A DNA stretch of 64,000 nt from Blastocladiella emersonii ATCC 22665 (Eukaryota; Fungi; Blastocladiomycota). How positions within the stretch are numbered: the stretch's first letter is position 1; each line of letters starts with the position of its first letter. The position numbers and the translations under genes are program-made. The notes beneath the pieces are model-generated. The model worked only from the letters and a program-made list of their open reading frames with translations, was not told where the DNA came from and did no database searches. Positions 21,722 to 31,856 of the stretch are shown here, piece by piece. The stretch spans positions 1,054,001-1,118,000 of the forward strand of contig JANHCV010000002.1 in NCBI GenBank assembly GCA_025594325.1, written 5' to 3'.

Positions 21722-24356
21722 CTACTCGGGGATGTCGAGCGTCTCGCGGTACTGGGCGATCGTGTCGCCCTCGAACTTGCGAAGACGGCCGTCGGCGCAC
21801 ACCCAGATCTCGTTGCAGCACATGTCGATGAAGCGCTGGTCGTGCGACACGATGAGCACACCGCCCTTGAAGTTGCGGACGGCCTCGGCGAGCGAGTCGA
21901 CCGACATGTAATCGAGATGGTTGCTAAAGGGTGGTGGAGTCGGGCGAGTGTGAGTGACCGCCGCTGCGGGTATCGCGAGTGGTCGAGGTGAACGTACGTG
22001 GGCTCATCGAGAATGAGGACGGCTACGCGAACACGGGACGAGTGTTAGTCAGTATCGCGCGACGACGACATCGATCACACCCATGAAGTAACGTACCTGC
22101 CCGCTGCAGCGCGAGGGAAGCGAACACGACGCGCGACTTCTGACCACCGGAGAGCGTGCCCATGGCCTGGAGACCGACACGGCCCGAGATACCGAAGCAG
22201 CCGAGCTGGCGGCGGTACTCCTCGTCGGGGTAGCCGGGGAAGTGCTTGCCGAGGAACTGGACGGGGGTGAGGGACAGGTCCTCGAGAGTATCGACGTGGT
22301 GCTGGGCAAAGTAGGCGAAGCGGAGGCGGCCGTTGCGGAACACACGGCCCGACGTGGGCTCGAGCGCGCCCGTGAGCAGGTTGAGCGCCGTGGTCTTTCC
22401 TATAGCGCGGCGAGAGCGAGGGGATCGCGTCAGCGACGGTCGTGAAGCACGACGACAACGGGAGAAACGGACCTGCGCCGTTGGGACCGACGAGGGCGAC
22501 ACGCGACGTCATCTGGATGTCGAGACTGACGTCCGTGAAGATCTTGGGCTTGTCGGGCGAGTAGCCAAACGAGACCGAGTCGAGCTGCAGGATGGGCGGC
22601 GAGAGCTTCTCGGGGTCGGGGAACTGGAACGTGACCTGGATATCCTCGGTGGGGACCTCGAGCTCGGGCAGCTTCTCGAGGATCTTCATGCGGGCCTGGG
22701 CCTGGGACGCGCGCTTGGCGTTGTAGCGCCAGCGGTCGACGAACGCCTGGAGGTGCTGGCGGTGCTGCATCTGGGCGTCGTACTCGCGCTGGGCCTGCTT
22801 GCGGCGCTCGTCGCTGGTGCGCTCAAAGTCGGAGAAGTTGCCGCGGTACACGTCGATGCGCTCGTTGTGCTGGTGCATGATGTCGGTGGCGACCACGTCG
22901 AGGAACTCGCGATCGTGCGACACGACCACGAGCGTCGAGGGCCAGTTGCTGAGGTACTTGGACAGCCACACGACGGCAGGGATATCGAGATGGTTGCTAC
23001 GCGTGGGAGTGAAGGAGGAGGTGAGCGAGTGGGCGAGTGGTGGCGTGAGGGAGGGTCGTACGTAGGCTCATCGAGAAGAAGGAGATCGGGACTAGATGAC
23101 ACGAACGACAAGTCAGCAATCAGCTCGTAATCGCACACAAAAGGAACGTACCGAGTGAAGAGCGAGCGGGCGAGGGCGACACGCATACGCCAACCACCCG
23201 AGAACGAGTTGAAGGGCTGCTTCTGCATCTCGCGCGAGAAACCGAGACCCGAGAGAATGGTGCCGGCGCGGGCCTCGGCGGTGCTGGCCTCAATGTCGTC
23301 GAGCTTCTGGTAGACCTGCTTGAGCTTGGCCTCGATGGACGCCGAGGTCTCGCCGGGCGGGAGCGGGGTGCCGTCGGCGGCGGCGCTGAGCAGGCCGTTG
23401 AGCTCGTTCTCCTGGCGGAGGAGGTAGGCGCGGTAGATGTCGGCCTTGACGACGCACTCGAGGCACGGGGTGTCGTCGGTCTGGAGGTCCTGCTCGACGT
23501 AGCCGATCGACACGTGCTTGAACTTTTCCATCCCAGGAATGTCGCGGTTCGCGATTCCGCGTAGAGTAGTTGATTTCCCGACCCCGTTGACTCCGACTAG
23601 GCCGTAGCGGCGGCCGTAGACGAGCGAGAGGTTGGCGCCGGTGAGGATGCGGAGGCCGGGGACCGAAATGTCAAAGTTACTGAGGTGGATGTCGTTGGAC
23701 TTGCCGCGCGCCGCCAGAATGTCCTTGATCTGCGCGTCCGAAATGGGCTGCGGGCCCTTGGGGCGGTCAATGGTCTTGAACGAGACCTCGATGTCCGTGT
23801 CGCGCTTGGCCATCTTGGCCTTGAGCTTGAGCTCGGCCTTTTCGAGCTTGGCCGCGTCGACGCGCGACGTCACCTTGCGGTTGCCGGCGTGCGTGATGTC
23901 GGCGTTGACGCCGGGCATAAAGGACTGGGTGGTGGCCTCGAGCGCGTTCATGTGGACGGGCCCGCCGGCGAGTCGGCGCGGACCGCCCGGGCCGCGGGTG
24001 ACGCCGCCGAACGTAATGGCCTCGTCGTCCTCCTCATCGTCGTTGGCAGCAGCAGCGCGCACGCCGAGGTAGGGGACGAGGGCGTCGCACAGGGCGCGGA
24101 TCTTGGCGGCGGGCGGCGGCTTGACGGCCGTGCCGTGGGCGGCGGCGGTGAGCGTCGGGGCATCGAGGAGGACCGGCGAGAAAAAGGCCGAGAGCGACTC
24201 GGCGGGCGACTCGCCAAAGTCGCCGGGACGCGCATCTTGGACGGTGCCGGCGATCCAGTCGACGACCGACTCGGGCAGCGGCGACTCGAACGCGGCGTGC
24301 ACCGCGGCGGTGACGGGATCGATTGCCGTAGCTTCGGCGAGAATAGTCGATGTCAT
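21722..24356 (-). CDS. GCN20: ABCF-family ATPase, GCN20/ABCF3, multi-exon
   Basis: Two ABC cassettes: GVNGVGKSTTL, FSGGWRMRVALA, LLLLDEPT, GPNGAGKTT, LSGGQKSRV, GGVLIVSHD; no TM domains. Confidence 0.93.
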
Positions 24357-24520
24357 GGCGATAAGCGACTGCTGGGTACGACAGTGATTGCCGCGCTCGC
24401 CCGTCTCGGGACGCCAGCTTCGGCCGCTGCCGCGGCGGCGGGCGGAGAGCTCGTTGATTCGGGTCACGTCGCATCAGCTGACCCGTAGACGACGCGTCGC
24501 GCGCCGCGATCACGACGCCG
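24185..24520 (-). repeat. Direct repeat copy 1: functional GCN20 5' coding end and promoter
   Basis: 24185-24322 matches 26937-27074 at 129 of 138 nt (hand count); weaker similarity continues into the promoter (ggtcacgtcgcatcagctgacccgtag vs ggtcacgccgcgtcacctgaactgtag). Confidence 0.9.
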
Positions 24521-24893
24521 ATCACCGCCACCGTGTCCCGCCACCGCACCAAAAAACACCACACACACACCGCAAAATGTACCACCGAGAAACGCGCCCC
24601 AATGTATACACTTTAGTGAAATACACCACCGCAAAACGAGGACTCACCACTGCACTCGGGTTCAGCTCCGCGCTCTTGGCAAGCGTAGGATAGCACGCCA
24701 GTGCAAGCGAGAATATTTTTCAGTGCAGGTAAAGATGACGGGAACAGTTCATTTTCTGAGGCTTGGGCCAAACACACACCCAGCCCAGGAACGAGTTCAA
24801 ATGACGGATTCACTGACGGGGTGAGAAATGAGTGGCTGACTGACTGAACACCGCAGACCGCCCTGGCACAGGGGAACGAGCTGGCGGCCGGCC

Positions 24894-24899
24894 TATAAG
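24894..24899 (+). promoter_or_regulatory. TATA-like box of the endonuclease gene
   Basis: TATAAG about 90 nt upstream of caacATG at 24988, followed by a pyrimidine-rich leader. Confidence 0.5.
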
Positions 24900-24987
24900 G
24901 TCCCCGCCTCGCCGCGGCCCACATCCTGCTCTTCAATAACGAAGCAACTCTTTCCTCCTACGCCTCCATCTGCTCAACGTCATCAAC

Positions 24988-26920
24988 ATGGCCAAGGGCG
25001 CAAAACGCGTCCTAGGCGACAAAAAGTACCCCGTGTACAAAAAGTACATTGGGAACCGCCCCAAGCTGGTCGCGTGCCTGGCTGAGCTCGGTCGCAACTA
25101 CGACCCGCGCGACCCCAAGAAGAAGGAGCCAGCGGCTGGTCGCCACGACGACTGGCTCTACCACAACCAGGAGGACGACACGCTGCGCGTCGGCACCAAG
25201 AACCGGCACCAATCAACGACCAACAACCCGAACCTGTTCAAAGTCCTCCTCAACGAGCAGGTCTGCTCCTGCTGCCTCGTCAAGTCGTGCCAGCGCGAGG
25301 GCGAGACCTCAGCTGTCGCCGTTGCCGCCCGTGCTCAAGCTCGCGAGACGGCCCCGCCGATCACCCACACGCTCGACTCGGCGCGCGAGGCCAACCTCAA
25401 GATTATCATCTCGACGACGGGCCTCAAGTACGACAACACCAAGGACGACCAGTACTTTATCTGGCGGCGCCCTCTCAATCCTCTGACTGGCGAGCCGATT
25501 CGCAACGTTTCTGTGGCAAACTTCGAGGGCAAGTACCGCGACCACGAGTACAAGGACTTTTTGTGCCGCTTCCGCAATAAGGGCAATTGCGTCGGCCGCG
25601 AATCTTTTGATCTTTGTTGCCCAAAGACCGGTGTTCTTCGCGACAACTGCTTACTCGTTTGCTGTCTTGGCGAGTGCGGCACTCGCGGCCATCGCTGGCG
25701 CAAGTGCAGCGAGTGCAAGGCCACCGGCGGCCACTTGGCCTTCCCCGAGACCTTTGCCACGGACAAGTCGATGCAGCAGGCCGCCGAATTTGTCGCTCTC
25801 GAGGCCGGCTTGGACTTTGTTTCGGGTCGGTTTGCTTCCGTGTACACTCCGAGTGGATTCAAGTCCGTTTCCAAGGCCTGTATTGAAGCGTCCCGCGTCT
25901 TCAACCTCGACGAATCCGAGATCCAAGTTTACTTTTGGTCGTACATCTCGGACGAAGGCGTGTACGTGCCCTCGACCCTCTACTTTCCGACTGTTTACGA
26001 GATTCCGAATGCCATGAAGGCGCTTGGGGCCAGGTTCTTTGTCGGCGATCGCCTTGTCCGTTGTGTTTGTGGCGCGCGCAGTGCTTTTCACCCCGAGCAC
26101 ATTTGCCAGCCCCACGGAGTCGCTCAGCGTGCGTGTTCGCGCTGCGGCGTGGGCAAGCGCGTTTGCGAGCACAAACGGTCAATCAACTACTGCAGCAAAT
26201 GCCCAGGGCAGTACTACTGCAAGGTTCACCGCCGCCTCCTACAGCTCCAATCCGGCTTGTGGTGGTGGTCAGCTCAAGTGCGAGCGCAGGGCTTTCAAAC
26301 GGTTCTGCAAACCGTGCGGCGGTTCGCATGTCTGCAGCGTCAAGTCGTGCGATTTTGCTCTCTCAGACCGCACCCCCTCGCCAAGTATAGCGGCAAGTGT
26401 GCCCATTGCTTCGCTCAACCATCCTGACTTGTTCGCCAAGATTTCCAACGCCAACCACGGCAAAAAGGAGCGCATCATCATGCAGCACCTCAAGCCCATC
26501 TTTGACAATGTCCTTCACTCTTTCACGACGTCTCGCGACAAGCAGCTCAAGGGCTGTGCTTTTCGCCCCGACTCAATTTTGATTGGCGAGTTCTTTGCAG
26601 TTCAGTGCGAAATCGACGAGCTGCAGCACAACCAGGCGCTTGGGAATCCTGGCAAGCACACGCCCAAGCTTGAGCAGGCGCGTCTTGAGGCCATCCAAGC
26701 TTGTCTTCACAAGCCGCTCATCGTCATCCGCATCAACCTGGACTGGTACGACGACGCTACTGGGACGCGCCACGAGGGCATGTTCACGTCGACCAACGAG
26801 CCCAACGGGTTCATCTTCAACGCCCGCATCAAGGTGCTCAAGGACACGCTGAATGAGGCCCTCAACAGCAAGCCGACCAAGCGTCTTCAAGTCATCAACC
26901 TGTACTACAACGAGGTCTAA
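24988..26920 (+). pseudogene. Cys-rich zinc-finger + PD-(D/E)xK (Vsr/DUF559-like) endonuclease of giant-virus type, with three apparent 1-nt frameshifts
   Basis: CEHKRSINYCSKC and CKPCGGSHVC repeats, KYSGKCAHCF, and C-terminal RPD..VQCEIDELQH..KPLIVIRINLDWY..LYY. The pieces alternate between two frames over 26235-26420. Confidence 0.7.
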
Positions 26921-26936
26921 GTTCGTTGAGAGTACT

Positions 26937-27290
26937 AGGCCGAGAGCGACTCGGCGGGCAACTCGCCAAAGTCGCCGAGACGCGCATCTTGGACGGTGCC
27001 AGCGATCCAGTCGACAACCGACTCAGGCAGCGGCGACTCGAACGCGGGGTGCACCGCAGCGGCGACGGGGTCGACAGGGATGCTCGCTGTCATGGTGTGG
27101 CTACGTTGCAGGGCAGTGCTTCGCGACGCCAATCGGGTATGGGTTCGAGGAGGCCGCGCGAGATGAGGGGCGGCAGCGAGCAAGCGCTCAGCGTTGACAG
27201 CGGTCACGCCGCGTCACCTGAACTGTAGCGGCGCGTCTTCTCGACGCGTCTCGCGAGTCGCGACGCGACCCGATCACGGCTCCATCAGAA
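26937..27290 (-). pseudogene. Direct repeat copy 2: truncated GCN20 5' end and old promoter
   Basis: Encodes MTASIPVDPVAAAVHPAFESPLPESVVDWIAGTVQDARLGDFGELPAESLSA, then TAG formed at the junction with the element. Confidence 0.88.
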
Positions 27291-27868
27291 CAGCCGATAT
27301 CTCTTTGCGTCTAGTTCGCAGCTGCGCCGGACGCTTTCTGTCAACGCCAAATGTCGAGTTGGTGCTCCCCGCTCCTCGCTTCCAGGACCCTCGCCACGCC
27401 ACATCGCCACTGTGCGTTCACGACCCTTGCGGCTCAACATCGCCGAAACGGCTCCGGCTGCGCGACCCTTTGCGCCGAGCTTGCGAAAGCCGGCCATCAT
27501 CGCCTTGCACGACGGCCGTGAGGGACTGACGAGCGCGCGAGCTCACGCCCGGTGCTGCAGCTGTGAAACGACTCCGCCCCGCCCTCGCGTATCAGGTCGC
27601 TCGCTCAACTTAGTCGCCGACCACAGTTAGCCCGGCGCCACGCTCTCGTTTCGGCCACGGTTTGCACTCGTCGCGAGTGGGACGTGAAGCCCGGTAACAT
27701 GCCGCGAGCCGTGCGCAGCAACAGCAGCAGCAGGAAATATGGGGCCGTGGTCGCGCGGGTCCCACGCTGAGCCACGACGGAGCGCAAGCATGATCGGCCC
27801 TGCTGACCTCGCTCCTCTCCCACAACAGAGTTGCGCTTGCGCTTTCGTTTCCGGCTGCCTGCCTGCCG

Positions 27869-27874
27869 TATAAA
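27869..27874 (+). promoter_or_regulatory. TATA box
   Basis: TATAAA about 65 nt upstream of the ATG at 27938. Confidence 0.5.
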
Positions 27875-27937
27875 GCTCTCGCCCGCGCCTTGGCCTCGGC
27901 CGTCTCCCATCCTCCCGACCGTGAGCGCGAGCGCTAT

Positions 27938-29725
27938 ATGATCATGTCGCCCATCGCGACCGGACCGCTCCTCGACCACCACCATCCCGCCTGCGTCCCC
28001 CGCGGCGCACCCCATGCATCAACTCCCTGCATTGCACCGGCACCGCTCTCCCAAACTGCTGGCGGCGGCGACCTGACCGACGCCGACCTCGACGCCGTGC
28101 TGATCGACCTCGCCGCGCCCGAGCGCTGTTCTGCGCCTGCCGATACCGCCGACGACTGGTTGTGGCTCCTCTCAGCCGACGCTGCTCGCCAGTCGCCCGC
28201 CATACCACCAACCGTCGCGCCCGCGCTTGACGACGCTCTCGACTCGGCCGTGTGGGTCCTCGACGACGACTGCCCCACTGACAGTAACCGGCTCGCCTCG
28301 ATCGCCATGCCCATCGACTCCATGACTGCACCCGGTTCACCGCGCGCCGAGACGCTGCTCGAGGCCGAGCACCTGCTCGCCTCGCCCACGACCACCGCAC
28401 CGCCCAGCGCCGCCGCACCGCCGCTCGCCACCTCGTCGGCAGTCCCGAAACACCCGCCCGTGCTGCGTCAGCAGTCGTCGGTCGCCTCGGGCATGTCGCG
28501 GCGCAGCGACACGGCGGCGGGTTCGTCCGCGTGGGCGATGCCCGAGGGCGCGCATCTCGCCTCGCCCGCAAAACCCTCGTTCCCCGCCTCCTCCCTACCC
28601 GCGTCGTCCATGACGTCGCGCGCCGCGACCTCGGTGGCGGTGCAGATCGTCGCCAACATTGCGGTCGCCGTCGCGATCGTGCTCGTCAACAAGCACGTCC
28701 TGAAGACGTTCCCGTCGCCGCTGCTCCTCACGCTCGCGCACCAGCTGACGTGCGCCGCCGTGACGCGCCCCGCGGTGTTGGGCGCTCTGGGCGTGCCGCT
28801 CGCGCCTACGCGGATCCCCGCGCGCGATGCCGCCATCGCTGGCGTCACCAACGTCGCCGGCCTCGTGCTCATGAACGCGTCGCTGCGCGTCAACCCCGTC
28901 GGCGTGCACCAGCTCGCCAAGCTGTCGGGCGTCCCCGCTATCGCCGCGCTGCAGTGGACGCTGTTCGGCGCACCGCCACCGGGACCGCGGTCGCGCGCCG
29001 CCCTCGGCGTCCTGCTCGTCGGTGTTGCCCTCGCCACCTTCCAGGACTTTGGCGGCGGCAGCAGTGACGATTCGCGGTCGGGAGGCCCGCTGGGACTCGC
29101 GCTCGCAGCAGCCGCTGTCGTGTCAACAGCGCTCGCCCAGGTCACGCTGCAGCACCTGCCGTCGTTCCGCGGCGTGTCAGGCATGCAGACTGTGGCCGCC
29201 ATGAGCCCGTGGTCGTCGGCCGCATTGCTCGCCGCCGCCGCGCTACAATACGGTCCCGGCCCGCTGCTGCACTGGCTCGTCGGCACCGTGTCCGACGCGG
29301 CGCCCGAGCTCGCGACCTCCGCCGACCCGGCGATCCCGTGGGTCCCGCTCCTTGCGTCGTGCGCGCTCGCCGTCGGCGCAAACGCGGTCGGCAACGGGCT
29401 CATCAAGTCGACCTCGGCCATCACCTACAACGTCGTCGGCCACCTCAAGACGCTCATCATCCTCGCCGCCGGCGCGTGGATGTTCGACGGGCCGCCTACC
29501 GCCGGCGGTGGGAGCGGCGGCGCGGTGCGCGCGGTCGGGATCGCCGCGTCGATTGCCGGTATGGCCGCCTACACGTACTTCCAGAGCACGGCGGCGCCCG
29601 CCCCGCCAGCATCCGGCGACGGAGGCGACAAGAAGCCGCGCCAGCGACGCGTCGTCGTCGCGCCACCCATGGGGCCGGCGGGGCGGCGAGGGTCGGGCGG
29701 CGGCAAGTACCGCGGCACGATTTGA
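27938..29725 (+). CDS. Triose-phosphate/nucleotide-sugar transporter family (SLC35E3/UXT-like) with long acidic N-terminal extension
   Basis: NIAVAVAIVLVNKHVL, MNASLRVNPVGVHQLAKL, TSAITYNVVGHLKT motifs; about 10 TM segments from 28630. Confidence 0.85.
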   Translation: MIMSPIATGPLLDHHHPACVPRGAPHASTPCIAPAPLSQTAGGGDLTDADLDAVLIDLAAPERCSAPADTADDWLWLLSADAARQSPAIPPTVAPALDDALDSAVWVLDDDCPTDSNRLASIAMPIDSMTAPGSPRAETLLEAEHLLASPTTTAPPSAAAPPLATSSAVPKHPPVLRQQSSVASGMSRRSDTAAGSSAWAMPEGAHLASPAKPSFPASSLPASSMTSRAATSVAVQIVANIAVAVAIVLVNKHVLKTFPSPLLLTLAHQLTCAAVTRPAVLGALGVPLAPTRIPARDAAIAGVTNVAGLVLMNASLRVNPVGVHQLAKLSGVPAIAALQWTLFGAPPPGPRSRAALGVLLVGVALATFQDFGGGSSDDSRSGGPLGLALAAAAVVSTALAQVTLQHLPSFRGVSGMQTVAAMSPWSSAALLAAAALQYGPGPLLHWLVGTVSDAAPELATSADPAIPWVPLLASCALAVGANAVGNGLIKSTSAITYNVVGHLKTLIILAAGAWMFDGPPTAGGGSGGAVRAVGIAASIAGMAAYTYFQSTAAPAPPASGDGGDKKPRQRRVVVAPPMGPAGRRGSGGGKYRGTI

Positions 29726-29929
29726 CGCGCAAGAATACATGTGTGTGTACATTTGACATCACCGATCGTGTGGCGAGCGGAGGTACGGGGTGGCGCAGCC
29801 CGATGAGCCGCGACATCTGAGGCGCCGCGAGTGCTAGAAGCGCGCGAGACACGGCTCCGATCGCTCTCGCTCTCCGACCCCTCAGCGCGTGAATTAGACC
29901 CCTAGCACTTGCAAATTATCATCTACACC

Positions 29930-30829
29930 ATGAATCAGCACCACACGCGCGGATACGACGTGGTCCTGTTTGGTTGGGTCGACGGCTCGCGCGAGCACAT
30001 CTCCAAGTACAAGTCGCTGTACGCGCCCGAGGGCGACGGCCCCGGCTGCTCGTCGTTTCACATTGAGCTCGCCACCACGACCGACGTCTTCTACAGCGCC
30101 ACCGCGACCGCGACGGCCGCTCGGCGCGCGGCCCTGCGCCAGTTCCTGGCCGACCGCGGGCACCTCGACACCTGCGCCGACCTGCCCGCGCGCCCGCTCG
30201 TCTTCCACATGTTCTCGAACGGCGGCGTCACGTCGCTCGCGGCGCTCGTCGTGTATCTGAAGATGACGACGGGCGAGGAGCTGCGCGGCGTGCACGCGAT
30301 GCTGTTCGACTCAGCGCCGACGCCGTCGGGCCATCTCGCCATGTGGGCGGGCACCGAGGTCGCGACCATGCCCATGAAGCTCAGCCCTGCCGCGCAGTAC
30401 GCGGCGCGGTGGGCGCTGTACGTCCCGCTGTGGCTGCACGCGAACCTGGTCGCGCGCCCGCTCGGACACCGACACCTGTTCAATCGCAGCCGCGATATGA
30501 TTCTCAACACGCCCGTGTTCCAGCGCGCGCCGAAACTGTTCCTGTACAGCGGCGGCGACACGTTGATTGCCGCCGAACACGTCGAGTGCATGATCGAGCG
30601 GCTGCGCGAGCAGGTCCAGGGCGCCAAGGGCAAGGAGATGGTATTCACGGCGTTCGCGCCGGGGGAGACCGCGGTTCGCGCCGAGGCCTTGGCAACGCAG
30701 CCGCCGAGTGGGACGTTTGGGCGCCTCGAGACCGTCAAGTTCCCCGCCGACTCGCCGCACGTCCTCCACTTTCGCCGGTACCCTGAGCAGTACCGCGCCG
30801 CGACGCAACGGTTCCTGGCCAAGCTGTAG
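29930..30829 (+). CDS. TMEM53/DUF829 alpha/beta-hydrolase-fold protein
   Basis: VVLFGW..HISKY, FHMFSNGG, FDSAP, LFLYSGGDTLI, SPHVLH motifs. Confidence 0.88.
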   Translation: MNQHHTRGYDVVLFGWVDGSREHISKYKSLYAPEGDGPGCSSFHIELATTTDVFYSATATATAARRAALRQFLADRGHLDTCADLPARPLVFHMFSNGGVTSLAALVVYLKMTTGEELRGVHAMLFDSAPTPSGHLAMWAGTEVATMPMKLSPAAQYAARWALYVPLWLHANLVARPLGHRHLFNRSRDMILNTPVFQRAPKLFLYSGGDTLIAAEHVECMIERLREQVQGAKGKEMVFTAFAPGETAVRAEALATQPPSGTFGRLETVKFPADSPHVLHFRRYPEQYRAATQRFLAKL

Positions 30830-30856
30830 TTTACGATCAATAGACTATCCAAACGT

Positions 30857-31519
30857 TTATCCCCAAACAACAACCGGATTCGTCGCCGCGGCCCGCGCGG
30901 ACGTGTCCGAAGCTGCCTTGGCGTTCCCGTCACCCTTCATGATCTGCAGCACGACGCCCAGAGCCAGGACCGCGACGAGATCGACGCCCTGGGCCACCTC
31001 GACCGCCAGCGGGTCCGTTTTGAGCGCGCCGTCACGCACGAACCGCGCAACCATGGGTGCCGAGGGCGACGCCCTGTCGCCGAGGAACACGTAGGCGCTC
31101 GTCGCCGTGGGAAGGACGCGCAGCTGGACTCCGCGCGGCGTCGTCACGTCCAGGATCCCGTTCTTGGCCTTGATGGTCATGACCACGGCGGGCGCCACGG
31201 CGCCGTCGCCGCCGTTGGACACCTCATACTCGTTGTTCTTCTTTGCCACGATGCTCGCGACCGCCGTGCCCGCGGCCGTCAGCAGAACATGCGTGTTCGA
31301 GAGCGGCGCTGTCTCGGTCGTGTACCGGACGGCTTCGGACGACGAAGCGTCGGATATGGTTAGGCTCGGGCCGGCGCCGAGCGCGGCTTTGATGGTCAGA
31401 TGCGTCGTGGACTTGGTCCAGTAGTCCACGTCATCGATTATTACAAGCGGAGGGCTCTGAGGCGCGAGGGCCACGGTCTTGAAGGTCGGCGCCTTGGTGG
31501 ACGACGGCGAGTTGCCCAT
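30857..31519 (-). CDS. LURP-one/Tubby-C-like protein, predicted N-myristoylated
   Basis: MGNSPS start; beta-rich body ending in VEVAQGVDLVAVLALGVVL helix typical of LURP/scramblase-like folds. Confidence 0.55.
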   Translation of the reverse strand: MGNSPSSTKAPTFKTVALAPQSPPLVIIDDVDYWTKSTTHLTIKAALGAGPSLTISDASSSEAVRYTTETAPLSNTHVLLTAAGTAVASIVAKKNNEYEVSNGGDGAVAPAVVMTIKAKNGILDVTTPRGVQLRVLPTATSAYVFLGDRASPSAPMVARFVRDGALKTDPLAVEVAQGVDLVAVLALGVVLQIMKGDGNAKAASDTSARAAATNPVVVWG

Positions 31520-31856
31520 GGTCGGCCGGAGTTTGTTGCGCGCAGTTGACTGACAATAGTTGCTCTCAGAGGATCGCGTCGTTGTAGCTCCGCGTCGCAA
31601 GCGCGATGACCGCGGGCCATCGACGACGAGAACGCAGAGATTTCAGCCACAAGTGGCTGTGGCTGTGGCGCTGTGGCGGCGCCCTGGCTTTAAAGCACCG
31701 ATCACGCTGACTCATGGCCGTGGTCGGACCACGGCCATCGCGGGCGGCCGACGCTGACCATGGCCACCATGAACGGCCGAGTGGCCTTGGCCATTCAGGC
31801 GATCAATTAGAAGTCTCCGGCCAGCGGAGAACAATGTATGCGGCTCCTCTTGAACT

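Larger units (their letters stand above)
24526..26936 (+). mobile_element. Putative homing-type element carrying a zinc-finger/PD-(D/E)xK endonuclease gene, bounded by duplicated GCN20 5' ends
   Basis: Intronless, visibly less GC-rich segment between two copies of the GCN20 promoter/N-terminus; own TATA box; no TIR, LTR, RT or transposase seen. Left boundary approximate. Confidence 0.6.
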
